In this document: piece after piece, positions 54,401 to 64,000 of the stretch
Layout: each line of letters opens with the position of its first letter
Position numbering within the stretch: the stretch's first letter is position 1
Assembly: GCF_009914755.1 (NCBI RefSeq)
Contig: NC_060938.1
Length of the DNA stretch: 64,000 nucleotides
Source: the human T2T-CHM13v2.0 reference genome, Homo sapiens
Direction: 5' to 3' (one strand)
Notes under the pieces: generated by a model
The model's input: only the letters and a program-made list of their open reading frames with translations
Databases searched by the model: none
Told to the model about the DNA's origin: nothing
Translations under genes and position numbers: made by a program

Positions 54401-57400
54401 TTTTATGGGAAGATATTTCCCTTTTCACCGTAGGCGTCAAGGCGCTCCAAATGTCCACTTCCAGATACTACAAAAAGAGTGTTTCAAACCTACTCTGTGA
54501 AAGGGAATATTCAACTCTGTGACTTGAATGCACATATCACAAGGAAGTTTCTGAGAATGCTTCTGTCGAGATTTTATATGAAGATATTCCCGTTTCCAAC
54601 GAAATCCTGAAATCTATCCAAATATCCCCTCGCAGATTCCACAAAAAGAGTGTTTCAAAACTGCTCTGTAAAAAGGAAGGTTCAACTCTGTTAGTTGAGT
54701 ACACACATCACAAACAAGTTTCACAGAATGCTTCTTTCTAGCTTGTAGGGGAAGATATTCCCTTTATCACCATGGGCCTCCAACCGTCCGATAAGTCCAC
54801 TTCCATATACTACAAAAAGAGCGTTTCAAACCTGCTCTATGAAAGGCAATGTTCAACTCTGTGACTTGAATGCAGACATCACAGAGCAGTTTCTGAGAAT
54901 GCTATTGTCTAGATTTTATAGGAAGATATTCCCGTTTCCAACGAAATCTTCACAGCTATCCAAATATCCACTTGCAGATTCTACAAAAAGAGTGTATCAA
55001 AACTGCTCTGTCAAAAGGAAGGTTCTTCTCTGTTAGGTGAGTGCATACGTCATAAAGGAGTTTCTGAGAATGTTTCTGTCTAGTGGTTATGGGAAGATAT
55101 TTGCTTTTTCACCGTAGGCCTCAGAGCGCTCCAAATATCCACTTGCACATACTACAAAAAGAGTGCTTCAAAGCTGGTCTCTGAAACGGAATGTTCAACT
55201 CTATGAGTTGAATGCAAACATCACAAAGACGTTTCTGAGAATGCTTCTGTCTAGATTTGATATGAAGATATTCCCGTTTCCAACGAAATCTTCAAATCTA
55301 TCCAAATGTCCACTTGCAGATTCAACAAAAAGTGTTTTTCAGAACTGCTCTATCAAAAGAAAGATCCACCTCTGTTAGCTGAGTTCACACATCACAAACA
55401 AGTTTATGAGAATGCTTCTGTCTAGTTTTTATTTGAAGATATTTCCTTTCTCACCATAGAGCTGAAAGCTGTCCTAATGTTCACTTCCAGATACTACAGA
55501 AAGAGTGTTTCAAAACTGCTGTACGAAAGGGAATGTTCAACTCTGTGACTTGAATGCACACATCACAAAGAAGTTTCTGAGGATGCTGCTGTCTACTTTT
55601 TATACGTAATCCCGTTTCCAACGAAATCCTCCAAGCTATCCAAATATCCACTTGCAGATTCCACAGAAAGGCTGTTTCAAAACTGCTCTGTCAATAGAAA
55701 GGTTCAACTCTGTTAGCTGCGTGCATATATCCCAAAGAAGATTCTGAGATTGCTTCTGTCTAGTTTTTATGGGAAGATATTTCCCTTTTCACCGTAGGTG
55801 TCAAGGCGCTCCAAATGTCCACTTCCAGATACTACAAAAAGAGTGTTTCCAACCTACTCTGTGAAAGGGAATATTCAACTCTGTGACTTGAATGCACATA
55901 TCACAAAGAAGTTTCTGAGAATGCTTCTGTCGAGATTTTATATGAAGATATTCCCGTTTCCAACGAAATCCTGAAATGTATCCAAATATCCCCTCGCAGA
56001 TTATACAAAAAGAGTGTTTCAAAACTGCTCTGTAAAAAGAAAGGTTCAACTCTGTTAGTTGAGTACACACATCACAAACAAGTTTCACACAATGCTTCTT
56101 TCTAGCTTGTAGGGGAAGATATTCCCTTTATCACCATGGGCCTCAAACCGTCTGAAACGTCCACTTCCATATACTACAAAAAGAGCATTTCAAACCTGCT
56201 CTATGAAAGGCAATGTTCAACTCTGTGACTTGAATGCAGACATCACAGAGCAGTTTCTGAGAATGCTTCTGTCTAGATTTTATAGGAAGATATTCCCGTT
56301 TCCAACGAAATCTTCACAGCTATCCAAATATCCACTTGCAGATTCTACAAAAAGAGTGTATCAAAACTGCTCTGTCAAAAGGAAGGTTCTTCTCTGTTAG
56401 GTGAGTGCATACGTCATAAAGGAGTTTCTGAGAATGTTTCTGTCTAGTGGTTATGGGAAGATATTTCCTTTTTCCCCGTAGGCCTCAGGGCGCTCCAAAT
56501 GTCCACTTGCACATGCTACAAAAAGAGTGCTTCAAAGCTGCTCTCTGAAAGGGAATGTTCAAATCTATGAGTTGAATGCAAACATCACAAAGACGTTTCT
56601 GAGAATGCTTCTGTCTAGATTTGATATGAAGATATTCCCGTTTCCAACGAAATCTTCAAATCTATCCAAATGTCCACTTGCAGATTCAACAAAAAGTGTT
56701 TTTCAGAACTGCTCTATCAAAAGAAAGATCCACCTCTGTTAGCTGAGTTCAGACATCACAAACAAGTTTATGAGAATGCTTCTGTCTAGTTTTTATTTGA
56801 AGATATTTCCTTTCTCACCATAGACCTGAAAGCTGTCCTAATGTTCACTTCCAGTTACTACAGAAAGAGTGTTTCAAAACTGCTGTACGAAAGGGAATGT
56901 TCAACTCTGTGACTTGAATGCACACATCACAAAGAAGTTTCTGAGGATGCTGCTGTCTACTTTTTATACTTAATCCCGTTTCCAACGAAATCCTCCAAGC
57001 TATCCAAATATCCACTTGCAGATTCCACAGAAAGACTGTTTCAAAACTGCTCTGTCAATAGAAAGGTTCAACTCTGTTAGCTGCGTGCATATATCCCAAA
57101 GAAGATTCTGAGATTGCTTCTGTCTAGTTTTTATGGGAAGATATTTCCCTTTTCACCGTAGGCGTCCAGGCGCTCCAAATGTCCACTTCCAGATACTACA
57201 AAAAGAGTGTTTCAAACCTACTCTGTGAAAGGGAATATTCAACTCTGTGACTTGAATGCACATATCACAAGGAAGTTTCTGAGAATGCTTCTGTCGAGAT
57301 TTTATATGAAGATATTCCCGTTTCCAACGAAATCCTGAAATCTATCCAAATATCCCCTCGCAGATTCTACAAAAAGAGTGTTTCAAAACTGCTCTGTAAA

Positions 57401-60400
57401 AAGGAAGGTTCAACTCTGTTAGTTGAGTACACACATCACAAACAAGTTTCACAGAATGCTTCTTTCTAGCTTGTAGGGGAAGATATTCCCTTTATCACCA
57501 TGGGCCTCAAACCGTCCGATAAGTCCACTTCCATATACTACAAAAAGAGCGTTTCAAACCTGCTCTATGAAAGGCAACGTTCAACTCTGTGACTTGAATG
57601 CAGACATCACAGAGCAGTTTCTGAGAATGCTTCTGTCTAGATTTTATAGGAAGATATTCCCGTTTCCAACGAAATCTTCACAGCTATCCAAATATCCACT
57701 TGCAGATTCTACAAAAAGAGTGTATCAAAACTGCTCTGTCAAAAGGAAGGTTCTTCTCTGTTAGGTGAGTGCATACGTCATAAAGGAGTTTCTGAGAATG
57801 TTTCTGTCTAGTGGTTATGGGAAGATATTTGCTTTTTCCCCGTAGGCCTCAGGGCGCTCCAAATGTCCACTTGCACATGCTACAAAAAGAGTGCTTCAAA
57901 GCTGCTCTCTGAAAGGGAATGTTCAACTCTATGAGTTGAATGCAAACATCACAAAGACGTTTCTGAGAATGCTTCTGTCTAGATTTGATATGAAGATATT
58001 CCCGTTTCCAACGAAATCTTCAAATCTATCCAAATGTCCACTTGCAGATTCAACAAAAAGTGTTTTTCAGAACTGCTCTATCAAAAGAAAGATCCACCTC
58101 TGTTAGCTGAGTTCAGACATCACAAACAAGTTTATGAGAATGCTTCTGTCTAGTTTTTATTTGAAGATATTTCCTTTCTCACCATAGACCTGAAAGCTGT
58201 CCTAATGTTCACTTCCAGTTACTACAGAGTGTTTCAAAACTGCTGTACGAAAGGGAATGTTCAACTCTGTGACTTGAATGCACACATCACAAAGAAGTTT
58301 CTGAGGATGCTGCTGTCTACTTTTTATACTTAATCCCGTTTCCAACGAAATCCTCCAAGCTATCCAAATATCCACTTGCAGATTCCACAGAAAGACTGTT
58401 TCAAAACTGCTCTGTCAATAGAAAGGTTCAACTCTGTTAGCTGCGTGCATATATCCCAAAGAAGATTCTGAGATTGCTTCTGTCTAGTTTTTATGGGAAG
58501 ATATTTCCCTTTTCACCGTAGGCGTCCAGGCGCTCCAAATGTCCACTTCCAGATACTACAAAAAGAGTGTTTCAAACCTACTCTGTGAAAGGGAATATTC
58601 AACTCTGTGACTTGAATGCAGATATCACAAAGAAGTTTCTGAGAATGCTTCTGTCGAGATTTTATATGAAGATATTCCCGTTTCCAACGAAATCCTGAAA
58701 TCTATCCAAATATCCCCTCGCAGATTCTACAAAAAGAGTGTTTCAAAACTGCTCTGTAAAAAGAAAGGTTCAACTCTGTTAGTTGAGTACACACATCACA
58801 AACAAGTTTCACAGAATGCTTCTTTCTAGCTTGTAGGGGAAGATATTCCCTTTATCACCATGGGCCTCAAACCGTCCGATAAGTCCACTTCCATATACTA
58901 CAAAAAGAGCGTTTCAAACCTGCTCTATGAAAGGCAATGTTCAACTCTGTGACTTGAATGCAGACATCCCAGAGCAGTTTCTGAGAATGCTTCTGTCTAG
59001 ATTTTATAGGAAGATATTCCCGTTTCCAACGAAATCTTCACAGCTATCCAAATATCCACTTGCAGATTCTACAAAAAGAGTGTATCAAAACTGCTCTGTC
59101 AAAAGGAAGGTTCTTTTCTGTTAGGTGAGTGCATACGTCATAAAGGAGTTTCTGAGAATGTTTCTGTCTAGTGGTTATGGGAAGATATTTGCTTTTTCAC
59201 CGTAGGCCTCAGAGCGCTCCAAATATCCACTTGCACATACTACAAAAAGAGTGCCTCAAAGCTGCTCTCTGAAACGGAATGTTCAACTCTATGAGTTGAA
59301 TGCAAACATCGCAAAGACGTTTCTGAGAATGCTTCTGTCTAGATTTGATATGAAGATATTCCCGTTTCCAACGAAATCTTCAAATCTATCCAAATGTCCA
59401 CTTGCAGATTCAAGAAAAAGTGTTTTTCAGAACTGCTCTATCAAAAGAAAGATCCACCTCTGTTAGCTGAGTTCACACATCACAAACAAGTTTATGAGAA
59501 TGCTTCTGTCTAGTTTTTATTTGAAGATATTTCCTTTCTCACCATAGAGCTGAAAGCTGTCCTAATGTTCACTTCCAGATACTACAGAAAGAGTGTTTCA
59601 AAACTGCTGTACGAAAGGGAATGTTCAACTCTGTGACTTGAATGCACACATCACAAAGAAGTTTCTGAGGATGCTGCTGTCTACTTTTTATACGTAATCC
59701 CGTTTCCAACGAAATCCTCCAAGCTATCCAAATATCCACTTGCAGATTCCACAGAAAGACTGTTTCAAAACTGCTCTGTCAATAGAAAGGTTCAACTCTG
59801 TTAGCTGCGTGCATATATCCCAAAGAAGATTCTGAGATTGCTTCTGTCTAGTTTTTATGGGAAGATATTTCCCTTTTCACCGTAGGTGTCAAGGCGCTCC
59901 AAATGTCCACTTCCAGATACTACAAAAAGAGTGTTTCAAACCTACTCTGTGAAAGGGAATATTCAACTCTGTGACTCGAATGCACATATCACAAAGAAGT
60001 TTCTGAGAATGCTTCTGTCGAGATTTTATATGAAGATATTCCCGTTTCCAACGAAATGCTGAAATCTATCCAAATATCCCCTCGCAGATTCTACAAAAAG
60101 AGTGTTTCAAAACTGCTCTGTAAAAAGAAAGGTTCAACTCTGTTAGTTGAGTACACACATCACAAATAAGTTTCACACAATGCTTCTTTCTAGCTTGTAG
60201 GGGAAGATATTCCCTTTATCACCATGGGCCTCAAACCGTCTGAAACGTCCACTTCCATATACTACAAAAAGAGCATTTCAAACCTGCTCTATGAAAGGCA
60301 ATGTTCAACTCTGTGACTTGAATGCAGACATCACAGAGCAGTTTCTGAGAATGCTTCTGTCTAGATTTTATAGGAAGATATTCCCGTTTCCAACGAAATC

Positions 60401-60951
60401 TTCACAGCTATCCAAATATCCACTTGCAGATTCTACAAAAAGAGTGTATCAAAACTGCTCTGTCAAAAGGAAGGTTCTTCTCTGTTAGGTGAGTGCATAC
60501 GTCATAAAGGAGTTTCTGAGAATGTTTCTGTCTAGTGGTTATGGGAAGATATTTGCTTTTTCCCCGTAGGCCTCAGGGCGCTCCAAATGTCCACTTGCAC
60601 ATGCTACAAAAAGAGTGCTTCAAAGCTGCTCTCTGAAAGGGAATGTTCAACTCTATGAGTTGAATGCAAACATCACAAAGACGTTTCTGAGAATGCTTCT
60701 GTCTAGATTTGATATGAAGATATTCCCGTTTCCAACGAAATCTTCAAATCTATCCAAATGTCCACTTGCAGATTCAACAAAAAGTGTTTTTCAGAACTGC
60801 TCTATCAAAAGAAAGATCCACCTCTGTTAGCTGAGTTCAGACATCACAAACAAGTTTATGAGAATGCTTCTGTCTAGTTTTTATTTGAAGATATTTCCTT
60901 TCTCACCATAGACCTGAAAGCTGTCCTAATGTTCACTTCCAGTTACTACAG
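51412..60951. repeat. Shortened derivatives of the super-repeat: 5-HOR (6816 bp) and 2-HOR (2724 bp) blocks
   Basis: 4-bp deletion at 51411, 58227 and 60951, each followed by the catcccagag HOR (52111, 58927, 61651). Confidence 0.85.
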
Positions 60952-63900
60952 AGTGTTTCAAAACTGCTGTACGAAAGGGAATGTTCAACTCTGTGACTTG
61001 AATGCACACATCACAAAGAAGTTTCTGAGGATGCTGCTGTCTACTTTTTATACTTAATCCCGTTTCCAACGAAATCCTCCAAGCTATCCAAATATCCACT
61101 TGCAGATTCCACAGAAAGACTGTTTCAAAACTGCTCTGTCAATAGAAAGGTTCAACTCTGTTAGCTGCGTGCATATATCCCAAAGAAGATTCTGAGATTG
61201 CTTCTGTCTAGTTTTTATGGGAAGATATTTCCCTTTTCACCGTAGGCGTCAAGGCGCTCCAAATGTCCACTTCCAGATACTACAAAAAGAGTGTTTCAAA
61301 CCTACTCTGTGAAAGGGAATATTCAACTCTGTGACTTGAATGCAGATATCACAAAGAAGTTTCTGAGAATGCTTCTGTCGAGATTTTATATGAAGATATT
61401 CCCGTTTCCAACGAAATCCTGAAATCTATCCAAATATCCCCTCGCAGATTCTACAAAAAGAGTGTTTCAAAACTGCTCTGTAAAAAGAAAGGTTCAACTC
61501 TGTTAGTTGAGTACACACATCACAAACAAGTTTCACAGAATGCTTCTTTCTAGCTTGTAGGGGAAGATATTCCCTTTATCACCATGGGCCTCAAACCGTC
61601 CGATAAGTCCACTTCCATATACTACAAAAAGAGCGTTTCAAACCTGCTCTATGAAAGGCAATGTTCAACTCTGTGACTTGAATGCAGACATCCCAGAGCA
61701 GTTTCTGAGAATGCTTCTGTCTAGATTTTATAGGAAGATATTCCCGTTTCCAACGAAATCTTCACAGCTATCCAAATATCCACTTGCAGATTCTACAAAA
61801 AGAGTGTATCAAAACTGCTCTGTCAAAAGGAAGGTTCTTTTCTGTTAGGTGAGTGCATACGTCATAAAGGAGTTTCTGAGAATGTTTCTGTCTAGTGGTT
61901 ATGGGAAGATATTTGCTTTTTCACCGTAGGCCTCAGAGCGCTCCAAATATCCACTTGCACATACTACAAAAAGAGTGCCTCAAAGCTGCTCTCTGAAACG
62001 GAATGTTCAACTCTATGAGTTGAATGCAAACATCGCAAAGACGTTTCTGAGAATGCTTCTGTCTAGATTTGATATGAAGATATTCCCGTTTCCAACGAAA
62101 TCTTCAAATCTATCCAAATGTCCACTTGCAGATTCAAGAAAAAGTGTTTTTCAGAACTGCTCTATCAAAAGAAAGATCCACCTCTGTTAGCTGAGTTCAC
62201 ACATCACAAACAAGTTTATGAGAATGCTTCTGTCTAGTTTTTATTTGAAGATATTTCCTTTCTCACCATAGAGCTGAAAGCTGTCCTAATGTTCACTTCC
62301 AGATACTACAGAAAGAGTGTTTCAAAACTGCTGTACGAAAGGGAATGTTCAACTCTGTGACTTGAATGCACACATCACAAAGAAGTTTCTGAGGATGCTG
62401 CTGTCTACTTTTTATACGTAATCCCGTTTCCAACGAAATCCTCCAAGCTATCCAAATATCCACTTGCAGATTCCACAGAAAGACTGTTTCAAAACTGCTC
62501 TGTCAATAGAAAGGTTCAACTCTGTTAGCTGCGTGCATATATCCCAAAGAAGATTCTGAGATTGCTTCTGTCTAGTTTTTATGGGAAGATATTTCCCTTT
62601 TCACCGTAGGTGTCAAGGCGCTCCAAATGTCCACTTCCAGATACTACAAAAAGAGTGTTTCAAACCTACTCTGTGAAAGGGAATATTCAACTCTGTGACT
62701 CGAATGCACATATCACAAAGAAGTTTCTGAGAATGCTTCTGTCGAGATTTTATATGAAAATATTCCCGTTTCCAACGAAATGCTGAAATCTATCCAAATA
62801 TCCCCTCGCAGATTCTACAAAAAGAGTGTTTCAAAACTGCTCTGTAAAAAGAAAGGTTCAACTCTGTTAGTTGAGTACACACATCACAAATAAGTTTCAC
62901 ACAATGCTTCTTTCTAGCTTGTAGGGGAAGATATTCCCTTTATCACCATGGGCCTCAAACCGTCTGAAACGTCCACTTCCATATACTACAAAAAGAGCAT
63001 TTCAAACCTGCTCTATGAAAGGCAATGTTCAACTCTGTGACTTGAATGCAGACATCACAGAGCAGTTTCTGAGAATGCTTCTGTCTAGATTTTATAGGAA
63101 GATATTCCCGTTTCCAACGAAATCTTCACAGCTATCCAAATATCCACTTGCAGATTCTACAAAAAGAGTGTATCAAAACTGCTGTCAAAAGGAAGGTTCT
63201 TCTCTGTTAGGTGAGTGCATACGTCATAAAGGAGTTTCTGAGAATGTTTCTGTCTAGTGGTTATGGGAAGATATTTGCTTTTTCCCCGTAGGCCTCAGGG
63301 CGCTCCAAATGTCCACTTGCACATGCTACAAAAAGAGTGCTTCAAAGCTGCTCTCTGAAAGGGAATGTTCAACTCTATGAGTTGAATGCAAACATCACAA
63401 AGACGTTTCTGAGAATGCTTCTGTCTAGATTTGATATGAAGATATTCCCGTTTCCAACGAAATCTTCAAATCTATCCAAATGTCCACTTGCAGATTCAAC
63501 AAAAAGTGTTTTTCAGAACTGCTCTATCAAAAGAAAGATCCACCTCTGTTAGCTGAGTTCAGACATCACAAACAAGTTTATGAGAATGCTTCTGTCTAGT
63601 TTTTATTTGAAGATATTTCCTTTCTCACCATAGACCTGAAAGCTGTCCTAATGTTCACTTCCAGTTACTACAGAAAGAGTGTTTCAAAACTGCTGTACGA
63701 AAGGGAATGTTCAACTCTGTGACTTGAATGCACACATCACAAAGAAGTTTCTGAGGATGCTGCTGTCTACTTTTTATACTTAATCCCGTTTCCAACGAAA
63801 TCCTCCAAGCTATCCAAATATCCACTTGCAGATTCCACAGAAAGACTGTTTCAAAACTGCTCTGTCAATAGAAAGGTTCAACTCTGTTAGCTGCGTGCAT

Positions 63901-64000
63901 ATATCCCAAAGAAGATTCTGAGATTGCTTCTGTCTAGTTTTTATGGGAAGATATTTCCCTTTTCACCGTAGGCGTCCAGGCGCTCCAAATGTCCACTTCC

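Larger units (their letters stand above)
1..64000 (-). repeat. Centromeric alpha satellite HOR array, 8-mer (1364 bp), ~47 tandem copies
   Basis: ~171-bp monomers containing aagtttctgagaatg (reverse complement of the alpha hallmark CATTCTCAGAAACTT). Identical landmarks recur every 1364 bp (ORF starts 295, 1659, 3023, 4387...), HOR copies are near-identical while monomers within a HOR clearly diverge, and no non-alphoid sequence was seen. Confidence 0.99.
1..64000 (-). other. Array identity: SF2 dimeric family, probably live D14Z9/D22Z1 (chr14/22, alphaXT-type)
   Basis: Strict alternation of CENP-B-box and pJalpha-type monomers with box TTTCGTTGGAAACGGGA. 8-mer of ~1.36 kb with two XbaI sites (364-369, 706-711) and one constant TaqI site (22-25) per HOR, and no EcoRI site noticed. 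Matches my recollection of the chr14/22 8-mer; not aligned, and 14 versus 22 cannot be told apart by eye. Confidence 0.65.

Noticed and set aside
1245-56088. 95-99-aa minus-strand Cys/His-rich ORFs resembling zinc-binding proteins
   Set aside because: They appear only where a single variant (aatgtatcc) removes a stop codon. Cys/His richness comes from TGT/CAC-rich satellite sequence, and there is no genuine zinc-finger spacing.
21415-60951. Functional or coded meaning in the 8-7-7-5-2 spacing series
   Set aside because: Five intervals are too few, and ordinary unequal exchange accounts for them, with one junction directly mappable.
63015-63257. Longer 80-aa ORF with a new C-terminus
   Set aside because: Frameshift caused by the 2-bp deletion at ~63183 in non-coding satellite.
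295-63552. Repeated 65-aa and 71-aa plus-strand ORFs as a tandem gene family
   Set aside because: They are translations of alpha satellite monomers recurring with the HOR, resemble each other only because monomers do, and are freely broken by stops (e.g. ~2004, 7580, 13036, 18150). I recognise no protein family.
1-64000. CRISPR-like array (constant 17-bp motif at regular spacing)
   Set aside because: The motif is the CENP-B box, the intervening sequence is itself repeated rather than unique spacers, and there are no cas genes.
1-64000. A previously undescribed biological system, or an embedded L1/Alu/other insertion
   Set aside because: The unbroken 1364/1360-bp periodicity leaves no room for inserted sequence, and everything is explained by a known satellite class plus small variants.

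Overview
The whole 64-kb window is one uninterrupted, single-orientation array of human/great-ape-type centromeric alpha satellite. ~171-bp monomers are organised as an 8-monomer, 1364-bp higher-order repeat (HOR), about 47 copies, with the conventional alpha consensus on the minus strand. CENP-B-box monomers alternate with pJalpha-type monomers (4 boxes per HOR). This, together with the TTTCGTTGGAAACGGGA box variant, fits suprachromosomal family 2, most likely the live chr14/chr22 array (D14Z9/D22Z1); that assignment is from memory, not alignment. I see no genes, transposon insertions or inversions, and all listed ORFs are chance frames repeated with the HOR. I found no new biological system. 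What is worth a second look is the array's internal history, read by eye from variants: two interleaved HOR haplotypes with recombinants, super-repeats of 4, 3, 7, 7, 5 and 2 HORs, a recurrent 4-bp deletion lineage, and four broken CENP-B boxes that all fall in the same monomer.
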